A stretch of DNA of 64,000 nt from a virus (taxonomy: Duplodnaviria > Caudoviricetes), in IMG/VR virus record IMGVR_UViG_3300031998_000052, positions 12,631-76,630 of that record. The stretch is one strand, 5' to 3'. This document shows, in pieces, positions 1 through 10,394 of this stretch. The notes below the pieces were generated by a model that saw only the letters and a program-made list of their open reading frames with translations, was not told the origin of the DNA and ran no database searches. The stretch's first letter is position 1; each line of letters opens with the position of its first letter. Both the position numbers and the translations under genes were made by a program.

Positions 1-5
1 GTGGC

Positions 6-587
6 GTGTACCATGACAATGGCATGAAGGTAGCCAGCGATTCTCATCTCTTGATTGCCATCAAGGAGGAGTACCCGGAAGAGCACGAGGGTACTGTAAT
101 CCTGAAAGACGGCTCTTTCGTTGAGATCGAGGAGAATGTGTTGGACCCAGAGGGGCACGTGACAAACACCATTAAGCACCGCACCAGCTACGTGGACAAG
201 GACGGTCACAACCATCCCATCTTCCCGAAGTGGCGCGATGTGATTCCCAGCACCGAGAAGAGCGGGTACGATGCGTACACGTTCGACCGCGAGAAGTTCT
301 TCAAGTGGGTTGAGGACCTGCGCGTCGCTCACAAGGCCGAGTACGGAAAGGGCGTCAAGTGGTTGCCGACGTGGTTCTGTAAGGTTGGTCCGTGCGGTTT
401 CAAGGCTGAGTGGTTCTGTCGCATGATTGAGGCCATGGACTTTCTTGGAACGGACAAGATCTACCTGCACTGCGATGGCCGCAGGGCCGCTGTCATTAAG
501 ACGGACAAGGGCGTGTGCATTTCGATGCCAGTCATGCTTAATGACAACTTCTCGGAGGATGTCCCAACCCATGTAATTCTCGGATAA
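6..587 (+). CDS. Sliding-clamp (DnaN)-like protein, probably 5'-truncated at the window edge
   Basis: VASDSHLL resembles DnaN ATDGHRL; C-terminal SMPVML resembles DnaN IMP; similar layout to 10391..11041. Confidence 0.4.
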   Translation: MYHDNGMKVASDSHLLIAIKEEYPEEHEGTVILKDGSFVEIEENVLDPEGHVTNTIKHRTSYVDKDGHNHPIFPKWRDVIPSTEKSGYDAYTFDREKFFKWVEDLRVAHKAEYGKGVKWLPTWFCKVGPCGFKAEWFCRMIEAMDFLGTDKIYLHCDGRRAAVIKTDKGVCISMPVMLNDNFSEDVPTHVILG

Positions 588-588
588 T

Positions 589-867
589 ATGAAAGCGTGG
601 AATATGATCATCGCCATGTTCAGGTGGAGCCTGGACCTCGGCCAGGGGGGATACCTCAAAGTTGAAGATTACACAGACGAAGGATACCTTCAAACATACT
701 TCGGTATTGACGCCTACAAGAAAGGAAAGTTCACACCCGGTGAGTGGGTGTACTTCTATGACACCGACAACTCCGGCCTCAAGGACGTGGCCGACGAGTT
801 TGGAGAGCCGGACGTGATAGTCTATGACGGGGACTGCGACATCTGGTGCTGGAGGATGGAGAAATGA
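589..867 (+). CDS. Hypothetical protein
   Basis: ORF tightly packed in the + strand early operon. Confidence 0.6.
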   Translation: MKAWNMIIAMFRWSLDLGQGGYLKVEDYTDEGYLQTYFGIDAYKKGKFTPGEWVYFYDTDNSGLKDVADEFGEPDVIVYDGDCDIWCWRMEK

Positions 868-1028
868 AGAAGTGGATAGGCTACGCGGTTATCATCCTTC
901 CGATTCTGATTGTGGCATGGAAGTGGCACGTGTGGGACGGAGGAATCGGAGGACTGATACTCGCAATGATTGCAGTGTTCAACTGCACTGTATGGACAGA
1001 CCATTGTAAAAAACCTAATAAGAAATGA
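864..1028 (+). CDS. Small two-TM membrane protein
   Basis: MKKWIGYAVIILPILIVAW...GGLILAMIAVF; overlaps neighbouring stop/start codons. Confidence 0.55.
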   Translation: MKKWIGYAVIILPILIVAWKWHVWDGGIGGLILAMIAVFNCTVWTDHCKKPNKK

Positions 1029-1255
1029 ACAGAGACAGACGCAAGCAACTTGAAGAGGCCAAGACCAAGCTGGAGGAGGCCAAGGAGATCGTGGACCAGT
1101 GCAAGGATGAGGAGCAGGAGGGGTTCAACAATCTCAGTGAGGGTTTGCAGTGTGCCGAGAACGGAATGAAGATGGAGGAGGCCGTAGGGAATCTCGAAAC
1201 TGCATCCGATTCTATTGAAGAAGCCATCAATTCTATCGAGGAGGCGATGGTATGA
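1025..1255 (+). CDS. Acidic coiled-coil hypothetical protein
   Basis: ORF with ATGA overlaps at both ends; heptad-like E/K/L pattern. Confidence 0.65.
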   Translation: MNRDRRKQLEEAKTKLEEAKEIVDQCKDEEQEGFNNLSEGLQCAENGMKMEEAVGNLETASDSIEEAINSIEEAMV

Positions 1256-1542
1256 AACTTTTGAAGTTCGGGGGGTTCGTCCTTGAGGACGGCCCCCACG
1301 GATATCAATGCGACGTGCGCGGAAGCGTTAAGCATTTCGTGACGGTCGCGTCATGGATTGACTATGTGATACAATTAACAGGTACGAAATATGAAGGCAG
1401 AAGAAATCATCAAATTGTTGCAGGAGCACCCGGACGCAAACGTCGTGGTGTGTGACATCAAGTGGCAGACATGTGGGATCAGCGGTGCCCACTATGACGA
1501 GCAGTACAACCGCATCATGTTGGACTTTCAGGAGGAAATGTT

Positions 1543-2313
1543 ATGAGAAGGATGAAAGTAAGGGACCTTGAGGCTTTCCTGGCCGGGTTCAAGAATAAGG
1601 ACGCAAGCATCAAGATTGTGGATGTGGACGGGGCCGAGTTGGCCGTGTTCGGCATCTGTGAGACGCAGGGCAACAGCCTGGGCCTCGAAACGCAGGAGGA
1701 GTTCCCGGACTCGTGGTTTGACTCTCACGGGAATGAGATTCTTTGGAACCTCGACTGGACGCTGGAGGTCCGTAGGGTGAAGGACAGTGAGAAGGCTGAA
1801 ATCCTCATTACGGAGCCTACCACCGGCAATGAGGTTGGTTACAACTTCCGCATCTATGATGGATTCGCGGTGTGCGACAACGGCCTGCTGTTGAAGTACA
1901 AGAAGACCGAGGACCTGACGCAGGAGGAGATCGAGGAGATTGATGAGTATTGCGGGGCCGTGAAAGACTCGAAGTGCGTCACCCCTCATGATGTGTGCCT
2001 CAAGTATGGTGAGGTTTGCGTGCTGCGTGAGGTTATGGACACTACCAATTCTCATGACCGGGCGCTGGTGGATGCAATCAATGCTGCGTGGACAAGAGGT
2101 TATGACCGGTTCCGCACCATCCTCATCGCCCTCTACGACCGCGACTTGGAGGAGATCATGGAGTCGGATGCTTTCAGTTGGCCGGAAGGCGCTGACACGG
2201 ACTACGTGTTCACGGACTTGCAGTCGCAGTGGGATGCCTATGCCGAGAACTACCTGATGCACATTGCTGACAATCAGGACCTCGAAACAATCCTCAAATT
2301 CGTGAAGTTATGA
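1543..2313 (+). CDS. Hypothetical protein
   Basis: 256-aa ORF in the operon with phage-like codon usage. Confidence 0.7.
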   Translation: MRRMKVRDLEAFLAGFKNKDASIKIVDVDGAELAVFGICETQGNSLGLETQEEFPDSWFDSHGNEILWNLDWTLEVRRVKDSEKAEILITEPTTGNEVGYNFRIYDGFAVCDNGLLLKYKKTEDLTQEEIEEIDEYCGAVKDSKCVTPHDVCLKYGEVCVLREVMDTTNSHDRALVDAINAAWTRGYDRFRTILIALYDRDLEEIMESDAFSWPEGADTDYVFTDLQSQWDAYAENYLMHIADNQDLETILKFVKL

Positions 2314-2543
2314 CAAACAGGGAAAAGATGGTGGAGGCCAGGCGCCTCCTCAGGGAAGTCAAGAACAGCGGGTACTGGCCTTATGCCAGCCCGGCTCCGT
2401 GCAGCACGGAGGTCAAGATCAAGGAGAACATGGACACGGCCATCGAGAGGATAGACAATGCTATCTTCTGGCACGACGAAATGTTCGGAAAGACCGGGCG
2501 CCCTGACAACAAATGCGTTGGCATGGAAATTGTAGAGAAATAG
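2310..2543 (+). CDS. Hypothetical protein
   Basis: ATGA overlap with the previous gene. Confidence 0.6.
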   Translation: MTNREKMVEARRLLREVKNSGYWPYASPAPCSTEVKIKENMDTAIERIDNAIFWHDEMFGKTGRPDNKCVGMEIVEK

Positions 2544-2566
2544 TACACACACAAACTTACAGAATC

Positions 2567-2869
2567 ATGAAACAGAAAGTTCAACTTGTCAGCCTCGGCC
2601 TGACTGAAAAAGAAGCCGAGAATGTGATGCTCCTCGAATCCAAGATGCTGGAGCAGGCGGTTAAGTTCTCTTATCGCAAGAAGGACGGCACGATCCGCGA
2701 GGCCGTCGGCACCCTCAAGCGCGAGCTTATGAAACTCAAGGACGGGAGCCTGTGGGCGCCCAAGGGAGAGGCTAAGCCGGAGTGTGCCGAGAAGATCGAC
2801 TACTTCGACATCGAGGCCCAGTGGTGGCGCCAGTTCGCGGTGGCCAACCTCGTCAGCGTGGAGGGTTAG
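2567..2869 (+). CDS. SH3-fold/WYL-like (DUF2693-type) protein
   Basis: VKFSYRKKDGTIREAVGTL...IDYFDIEAQWWRQF motif; start reassigned to ATG 2567. Confidence 0.7.
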   Translation: MKQKVQLVSLGLTEKEAENVMLLESKMLEQAVKFSYRKKDGTIREAVGTLKRELMKLKDGSLWAPKGEAKPECAEKIDYFDIEAQWWRQFAVANLVSVEG

Positions 2870-2872
2870 GCT

Positions 2873-5846
2873 ATGATAGAAAAGATCACCATTCAGACCA
2901 GCCCAAATGGTCGCTGCTTCTCCGTCAATGTGCGGAAGAATCGGAAATGGGACGAGACCCACGCCCAGTATTCAAGGATTACGGACGCGCTCTATGCGAG
3001 TGGCCGTCTTCCAGGAACCGGCCAGGTGGCCACCGCTGCTTGGAACGCCTTCTACAAGACAATCACGGCCCTCAAACTCACCAAGAGGGGGCGTGGTGAC
3101 ACCTATTACAGACTTGTTCAAATAGAGCAGATATGATCAACACCATCACAACCATCCAAGAGATAACCCTGCAAGCCTACGACTTTGGTATCTATCGTAG
3201 GCTCCAGGACGAGAAAGACATGTCCCGTGACCAGATATTCAACCTTTTCGAGGAGTGGGGCAAGGAGTTCGAGAAGAAGCACGAAGGGTACGTGTGGAAC
3301 GGAGACTACTACGACGAGATTGACACCTTCATCATGGCTAAAAATGACGCCCTATGAGACAGGAACTTCAAGAAAGGTTGAGAAAGCTGGAGCCTTACCT
3401 GCCTCTGAGCTGGGACTACAAGGACCTGCTCGACATCGCCCAGGAGCAGACCGGCATGGACCGGGATACGCTCAGGGATATGTACGGAAACTATTCATAC
3501 GGCCAGTGGGCCAGGGTAATCAATTTCTGTTAGCCATGAAACGCGAAAAGATAGAACTCAATGTACCGTGGAAGGACTTTCTGTGGGTGCTGGACCGGAG
3601 GGATGAGATAGAGAAGGAGACGGAAGGTCTCCGGCATGACATCCCAGAGGAGCACAAGAAATGGGGTGACCTGTGGGACGAGAGGCACGAGCTTGACGAG
3701 AGGATGGAGAAGATGCGCCCGCACGTTATCCCGGAGGTGGGCGCCACCGGCACGATCCACTGGTATTCCGACAGCAGCAAGGCCAAGGTGACCCGTGTGA
3801 TATCGCCCAAGAAGATTGAGGTCACGGCCTGCGGGCTGTACCACTGCACCAAGATCTATACGTTCCGGTCCAACGGACACTGGGTCCAGGAGGGCAGCAC
3901 GAGCCGGGACTGGGCCACGCTCTTCTCATGGGGCCGTGGTTATGACCATTACGACGAATCCTATTAAAATTCAACGCTATGAATATTATCGAAAAAATCA
4001 ACGCCGCTCTTGACAAGCACTTCAAGAGCAACAAAGGTAACATCCAGGCTGATATTGCCTATCCCTGGTGTGATGATAAGATCCGGCTGGAGGCTCAGCG
4101 TCCGTCCAGGGTGGATGTGCGCCACATGTGCGTGTTCATCTTCCGACAGGAACCCTACGTCCAGATGATCATCATGGACACCTGGATCTTCACACGCGAG
4201 ACCATCAATCGTGCGGGAAACCGTTTCAAGGCGTAAGGCCATGGACTACAAGGAAAGATTCATCGCCCTCATGAATGAAATGCACCGGGCCGGTATGGGC
4301 GGGTGCATCTCCATGGTCATCGGGGAAGGGCTTCGGGAGTGCGAGGCTTACAGTAAAGACCTCGCCCACTGGGTAAAACACAACATAGATCAACATTGCT
4401 AATCATGGAAAAAGTATATCTCATCGTTGACCAGGACGGCGCCACCGTCAACGTGTTCGCATCGCTCGGTCTGGCTATTGCCGACATCGAGCTTAACAAG
4501 GAGCGCATCGTAAAGGAAAACCACAACCCGGAATCCACCCTTACCAACTTCATGTGGGGTGGCCGGGATGGGAAGAAATACTCCCTGACCATTAAGGAGT
4601 GCCCCATCTGCACAGATCCGCACATGGATTACATGGATAAGCCCAGGGACGTCAACGCAAAACTGTAAGGCCATGGCACGCAGGGTTTACATAAAGGATA
4701 TCAAGTGTGACCAGCCCGGGTTCATCCAGAAAGGCGGGCTTTTCTCCTTCGCGGACAGCATCATGGTTGGCCGCAATATCAACGGTATCCGCAGGGTTGC
4801 CTTCTACGAGTATGACAAGTTGTGGCAGGCCAAGTGGAAGGATGAGGAGGCTGACATCTCCGTCCGGTGCGAGACGGACAAGGAGTCCCTTATCTTTCCG
4901 GAGGAGGTCATCAAGAACTTCAAGTACCAGATGGAGCAGCACTTCCTCGACAAGGACATCAAGGTGCGGACCGAGTGTTACGGTGACACCCAGTCAAGGT
5001 ACAACATCGACTTTTACTTCTACAAGGAGGATGATGATGCGTGAGACATTCGTATTCCAGCACAAAAAGTACGTCCTCAACGTAACCCGCGAGGACTTCA
5101 ATAACCTGGTACGGATCCGGCAGGTCGGAGGCCACCATGTCTGGACGGTATCAGTGGAGGCGCCGCCCAATACGTCCCGCTGGGACCTGGGTGATGCGGC
5201 TATTAGTGCGTACCACGATCAACTCGACCAGGTATGTATATCGTAATCTTCATTATCTGCGGATTGGCCTTCATCCCAGAGATATTTAACGAAAAAAGGT
5301 AAGGCTATGACAATGTTCAAAGTGACAGACAAGACCGGTAAATACCTGGTCAGCGCTTTCAGTGACAATGAGCAGGCGTGCTATGAAGACGTCCGCGATG
5401 TTGTCGGTGACGAACTTGCACAGAACGGAATTCCTCTTGCAATAGAGATTTCTTCCTGGGCATCCGTCGCGACTCTTGGAGAGGTCTATGAGACCGAAAA
5501 AGTAAAAGTTGAAGTGGTGGAGGTAGATTAGGCATGTTTTTTGTAGTTATGCTGCTGGCATATCTGGATGACATGCTGGCCAGAAGAAAGTAATATGGGA
5601 AAGTACGTTTACAAGGTTTACAAAAGGAAGGACATTAAGTGTACCTGCCATGCCGAGGAGGTCAAGTGTTACTCTCAGAAGCGCACGGCTGACAAGTTTA
5701 TCGAGAGGCAGGATGATCCCGACATGTTCTACGTCACGCGGTTCGTAGTGTATCGCAAGAGTGACGGCAGTACCGGGTATTGCCTTCCTTTGACGTATCT
5801 CACAGTCAAGGTTCCCGACGTGTATGCGCACGGGGGCTGGTATTAG
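2873..5846 (+). other. Run of small hypothetical early genes (2873-3136, 3133-3357, 3536-3967, 3979-4236, 4241-4402, 4396-4668, 4673-5044, 5307-5531, ~5594-5846)
   Basis: Abutting or overlapping + strand ORFs; no recognisable domains. Confidence 0.6.
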
Positions 5847-5854
5847 TATTTGCC

Positions 5855-6622
5855 ATGAAAAAGAGAAGAGTCGAAATAAAAACCATTGATGAGCGCAGGC
5901 CATACGTACTGTGGCGCCGCGTCTCGACGAAGGAGCAGGGTGACAGCGAATTGGGTCTGTCTGCCCAGAGCACCATCGCCAAGACGTTCATGGGCCGGGA
6001 GCCGGTAGCGACGTACACGGACGTGAGGTCAGGTACGAAACTCAAGGAGTGCTCCGGCCTCTGGGACGCTATCGCAGAGTGCAAGGAAAAGGACTACGTT
6101 CTGGTGGTGGCGAAGACGGACAGATGCCGTAACGTACAGGAGGCGCTGGATATCTTGGATGCAGTCGGGGACCGCAGGCTGATATTCTGTGACCTTCCGT
6201 CCTGCGACCGCTTCATCCTCACGGTGATGTTCGCCATGTGGGAGCGCCAGGCTATCATGGGCAGGATCAATACGAAGGTTGCCCTTGCAGAGCGCCAGCG
6301 CCAGATCAAGGAAGACGGCGGCTTCTTCTCTAAAAGCGGAAACTGGGTCACGCACCTTGGCCGGTCCAAGGGCTGCGACACCAGTAAGGCCACAGCCGCC
6401 GCAGGTGCGGTTGCAGCCGGTAAGTCTCAGGAGTGGAAAGATGATTCCGCTCTGTACTCCTGGGTCACTATCCAGGTCCTCAAGCGCAGGCCGAGGAAGG
6501 AGATAGTGGCCGACGCCCGGGAACTCTACGAGAAAAACCCGGAGAAATATTGCACACGGAACGGGAGGCCGCTCACTGCGGCCATCCTCAGCCATTACAT
6601 TAAAGACATTCAAAAATCATAG
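5855..6622 (+). CDS. Serine recombinase (resolvase/invertase family)
   Basis: N-terminal RRVSTKEQ with catalytic Ser, LGLSAQ, YTDVRSG, LVVAKTDR; start reassigned to ATG 5855. Confidence 0.85.
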   Translation: MKKRRVEIKTIDERRPYVLWRRVSTKEQGDSELGLSAQSTIAKTFMGREPVATYTDVRSGTKLKECSGLWDAIAECKEKDYVLVVAKTDRCRNVQEALDILDAVGDRRLIFCDLPSCDRFILTVMFAMWERQAIMGRINTKVALAERQRQIKEDGGFFSKSGNWVTHLGRSKGCDTSKATAAAGAVAAGKSQEWKDDSALYSWVTIQVLKRRPRKEIVADARELYEKNPEKYCTRNGRPLTAAILSHYIKDIQKS

Positions 6623-6627
6623 GAACC

Positions 6628-7173
6628 ATGAAAAAAGTTACAATCGAAATCCCTGAGGGAAAGGCATTGAAGTTCAAGGACGGCGCCTACGTCCTGGTAG
6701 ATGACAACGTGATGGAGCGCATCAAGACCTTCGACGATGCGTGCCGCGAAGTGACCGGCAAGTCCGAGGAGGAGTGGCTGGCCGAGAATGAGACGGATAA
6801 GATGGAGCCGGACGTGCTGGCATACCTCAAGATGCGCATCATCGTTGCCGTCCTCAACGAAGGATGGAAACCCACGTTCGAGGATGGTGAGACTCGGTAC
6901 TACCCTTACTACTGGCACTACACCAAGTCCGAGTGGGAGGGCCTGAGCGCATCCAGGCGGAAGGAACTGGAGCCTACGGTCTGCCTCGTCGGCGGTAGCT
7001 CGTCTGACGGGTCGAAGTCGGGGCCGCTCTGCGTGAGCTCGCTCGACGCCTGGTCGGACGCGCGCTCGAGCCTCGGCGCCCGCCTTGCATTTAAGACGGG
7101 GGAACTCGCCCGTTATGCCGGGAAGCAGTTCTTCGACATCTTCAAGAAATTCTACTACGATGGAGTGCTTTGA
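6628..7173 (+). CDS. Remote DGR target protein carrying variable repeat VR2
   Basis: Encodes VCLVGGSSSDGSKSGPLCVSSLDAWSDARSSLGARLAF, a CLec-type VR matching the TR. Confidence 0.85.
   Translation: MKKVTIEIPEGKALKFKDGAYVLVDDNVMERIKTFDDACREVTGKSEEEWLAENETDKMEPDVLAYLKMRIIVAVLNEGWKPTFEDGETRYYPYYWHYTKSEWEGLSASRRKELEPTVCLVGGSSSDGSKSGPLCVSSLDAWSDARSSLGARLAFKTGELARYAGKQFFDIFKKFYYDGVL
6979..7089 (+). repeat. DGR variable repeat VR2
   Basis: 111-nt ungapped match to TR 25113-25223(-); 18 mismatches, 14 at TR adenines; all 12 mismatches in the last 72 nt are at TR adenines. Confidence 0.95.
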
Positions 7174-7624
7174 AGTATGCGTTCTCCTGAGGGGAACAGT
7201 TAGACAAGAGGATCCGCACTGCCCTTCCCAGTGGAGGGGCAGCGGATGCTACGATATTGACGCGCCCGCAAGCCAGCGGGTGACGGTGACTGTACCTGCC
7301 AATAATGAGGGATTGGCGAGAAACCTGGCCAGCAATTATTGCTACGAGGGTGAGGGAGGATGCGAACTTGAGAGCGTGGATGATGTCGAGATTAAATGCG
7401 TCATCCCCTGTGGCGAGTGCGACGATCCTGGCATGGAATTTGATTGGGGAGAATTGGAGGTGGTTGAGGATGATGGCCCCGATCCGGATGAGCGTGACTG
7501 ATATGAGGGGGGGGGGTAAATTGGTGCCTGAGATGCTGGCACTGGAACAAGAATGAGAAGAAGTGCGTGGCTGAGGCCGGAGACTTCTGCAAGGTGTTAA
7601 ACGATTATTTCAAGAAGAGAGACG

Positions 7625-7969
7625 ATGAAAGCAAAACAACTCATGCTCGGAAACTACGCCCTATACAACGGGCTGGTTGTACGGGTCCGCAACATACATG
7701 ATAACGTGTTTCTCGACGGAGAGGATGAGTCTGTCGAGGTTGTGTACGATGACGGCGTTGTCGTTTTGGTGGATCCTTGTTCGCTTGAGCCGATTCCTCT
7801 CACGCCCGAAATCTTGGAAAAGAACGGGTTTTCAAGAAACGGTCTTGATATTGCCATTTTTGACAGGAAGGGAGGAGATGATTTCGTAGGTGCAGCAAAC
7901 TTGGAATTTGTCCACGAACTCCAGAACGCCCTTCGCCTCTGTGGAATAGAATACGAAATAACACTTTGA
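7625..7969 (+). CDS. Hypothetical protein, paralogue of 15887..16258
   Basis: Shared EPIPLT/EPLPLS and VHELQ..L..CGI motifs. Confidence 0.7.
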   Translation: MKAKQLMLGNYALYNGLVVRVRNIHDNVFLDGEDESVEVVYDDGVVVLVDPCSLEPIPLTPEILEKNGFSRNGLDIAIFDRKGGDDFVGAANLEFVHELQNALRLCGIEYEITL

Positions 7970-7972
7970 GAT

Positions 7973-8884
7973 ATGAGCAAAATCAAGATTGGCGCCAAGG
8001 TCACGGCGAAAGAGAGTCCTACAAAAGTGACCGTAAGCGGTACGTTCCAGGGATACGAACTCGAAGACCAGGAGGACCCCACGTCCATCTGCGGGAAGGT
8101 CTTCTACGTCAAGGACGGTAAGCTGTACCTTGCACATGTGTACGTTGACAGTATTAAGGTGTGTGATAGCGAGGATGAGAGGATAAGGAAAGAGTTATTA
8201 GATGCCGTTGATAAAGCAAGAGTCTTTGACATTGACAAGGATGTCGCAGATAGATGGACGGCTTGGCTCGAAAAGCAGAAAGAGCAGAAGCAAGAAATCA
8301 AGATTGTTATTCCGAAATTCCGAGTTGGAGATATTGTTATAAAATCCACAAAAGAGAAATGGGAAAACCCATGGAAGATAACGCACATCAGAGAAGACGG
8401 ATATAATATAGAGTCAGTTGATACTTACGGTGGAGGATTTATAGGATTCAGTTTTGAAGGTGAATACGAACTTGTAGAGCAGCCCGCAGAGTGGAGTGGG
8501 GAAGATGAGTCAGTTGTTAATCTTATTTTAAAAGAATTAGAACAGGACAAGAAGAACCAACCGGATTATAGTAGGCACTTCACAAGGTTAATTTCTTGGC
8601 TTAAGTTCCTTCCAAAAAGATTTAATTTTTCATCAAAGCAAGAGTGGGACGAGAATATTATTCGCAAAGCCATAAAAGAAGTTGGTTTAACCCAGCACCA
8701 AATAGATTGGTTCAAAATCAATGTATTTCCACCCAAGCAAGAGTGGAGCGAGGAGGATGAGGAAAATCTTAGTGATATAAAGTGTGCTCTTTATGATTAT
8801 TACGAAGAAGAGCGTGTGGAAGAACTCTATAATATGATCAAGTCCCTCCGTCCTCAGCCTCATTGGAAGTCGAGCGATGAGTAG
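7973..8884 (+). CDS. Mosaic hypothetical protein with repeated EW(S)xEDE modules
   Basis: AEWSGEDE, QEWDEN, QEWSEEDE repeats; composition becomes AT-richer within the gene. Confidence 0.7.
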   Translation: MSKIKIGAKVTAKESPTKVTVSGTFQGYELEDQEDPTSICGKVFYVKDGKLYLAHVYVDSIKVCDSEDERIRKELLDAVDKARVFDIDKDVADRWTAWLEKQKEQKQEIKIVIPKFRVGDIVIKSTKEKWENPWKITHIREDGYNIESVDTYGGGFIGFSFEGEYELVEQPAEWSGEDESVVNLILKELEQDKKNQPDYSRHFTRLISWLKFLPKRFNFSSKQEWDENIIRKAIKEVGLTQHQIDWFKINVFPPKQEWSEEDEENLSDIKCALYDYYEEERVEELYNMIKSLRPQPHWKSSDE

Positions 8885-9346
8885 ATGATAGCTCTCGGTT
8901 TAGCAACAAATCTTATTTGTGATAGTGAAATCAAACTGCTTGAATCCTTATACTCTGATCTCAAGAAACTGATGTAAAACCGTAGGGTGCGTGGTATGTA
9001 GATTACCCCGATGTAACTACCTGCTCTCCCATATTGAGGAACGCACCCTTTTTGATTTAGATATGAAACCAAGAGTAAAAATAAATGGTAAAAGTTATTA
9101 CCAAGAATGGAAGCCTGGAGATACTGGTGTTGTAGATGGGCATTGCCGAGAGGTTTATGAATTTTCACGTCAAGAGTCAATTGATTAAATATGTTGCTCG
9201 CCATTTCTATGCACTTGGACTTAACACAAAAAAGGATGATTAAGTATGGAAGATTATATCAAAGTTGGCGAATTGAAGCAGTTCATCTACGACCTCATCA
9301 AGAAGGACAAGGCCGAGAAGGACTATGACGAATTAAAGGAGAATTT

Positions 9347-10033
9347 ATGTTCACAGTCACAGTAATAATTCCCTGCTATAACATGGAGCGCACCGTGGGC
9401 GATGCCATCCGAAGCGTCCAGGCCCAGACGTTCAAGAACTGGAACCTGGTGGTCGTTGACGATGGCTCCACGGACGGCTCGTGGGAGCAGATCCTGCTGG
9501 CCATAGGAGAAGACCAGAGGTGCACGGCGATACATAAGGAGAACGGAGGCGTAGCAGCGGCCAGAAACGCCGCTATTGAGCGTTCGTGCTCCGAGTGGAT
9601 ACTTCCCCTGGATGCGGATGACAAACTCGCTCCACGGGCTTTATACGAGTATGCCCTGGCCGTGCAACAGAATCCGGATGCAGACCTCATCGTCCCGTGG
9701 GTCCACCACATCAGTCCGGAGAAGGACTGGCTCGTCCGGCGCCAGTGGAAGGGTTATGACTCTCTGCTGCAAAACAACTGCCTTCCGAACTCCTGCATGT
9801 TCAGACGGGCCGGTTGGCAGTATGCCGGAGGATACCGGGACGGGACTATGTACGAGGACTGGGAGTTCTGGATCAGATATCTCTTCCCGGAGGCGAAGGT
9901 GGTGGTTGTCCAGAAGCCGCTCATCGAGTATGCGGTGCGCCCGGGAAGCCGGGTGAGGGAGGCCGTCAAGAGACACCGCGAGGAGGTGGAGATTATCAAG
10001 AAACTAAACCCGGAAATCTATGGCAACGCTTGA
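9347..10033 (+). CDS. Family 2 glycosyltransferase
   Basis: VIIPCYN, VVDDGSTDGS, NGGVAAARN, LDADD and EDWEFW motifs. Confidence 0.9.
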   Translation: MFTVTVIIPCYNMERTVGDAIRSVQAQTFKNWNLVVVDDGSTDGSWEQILLAIGEDQRCTAIHKENGGVAAARNAAIERSCSEWILPLDADDKLAPRALYEYALAVQQNPDADLIVPWVHHISPEKDWLVRRQWKGYDSLLQNNCLPNSCMFRRAGWQYAGGYRDGTMYEDWEFWIRYLFPEAKVVVVQKPLIEYAVRPGSRVREAVKRHREEVEIIKKLNPEIYGNA

Positions 10034-10394
10034 CTACATCAAGGCGCTCTTTACGCCTGATAAGTTGAAGAAATTCGTTGACGAGAACGTGGCCTGGATG
10101 TACGAAGAGACCGAACCTGCGGACGTAATCTCAGAGTCCTTTCAGAACATGTTCGAGAAGGAGATGAAATGGCTCGCTTCCTGCATTGACGAGACGTCCA
10201 GAAGGGCCATTGAGATGTACCAGAGGTCCGCCCGTCCGATTTTATTTCTCAATGGAGCAGAAAAAGCGCCAAAGATTCCAGCCGACCCGAACGTATTGCT
10301 TCCACTTAACCCTGGAGTAGAAGCAAAGTTCTCGGAAGACATAGCACGCCTTACAGAAGAAATTTTCAAACAAACCCAAATACCAAAGTTATGA
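10020..10394 (+). CDS. Hypothetical protein
   Basis: ORF overlapping both neighbours. Confidence 0.65.
   Translation: MATLDYIKALFTPDKLKKFVDENVAWMYEETEPADVISESFQNMFEKEMKWLASCIDETSRRAIEMYQRSARPILFLNGAEKAPKIPADPNVLLPLNPGVEAKFSEDIARLTEEIFKQTQIPKL

Noticed and set aside
5530-5545. Sigma54-like AGGCATG-TTTT-TTGTA
   Set aside because: Two mismatches to consensus; better explained as a stop-GGC-ATG gene junction
5855-6622. Serine recombinase as the phage integrase
   Set aside because: About 255 aa, lacking the recombinase and zinc-ribbon domains of large serine integrases; no att site or repressor module nearby
7505-7520. Poly-G run (about 10 G)
   Set aside because: Intergenic with no evident promoter or ORF phase effect; may be a sequencing homopolymer artefact
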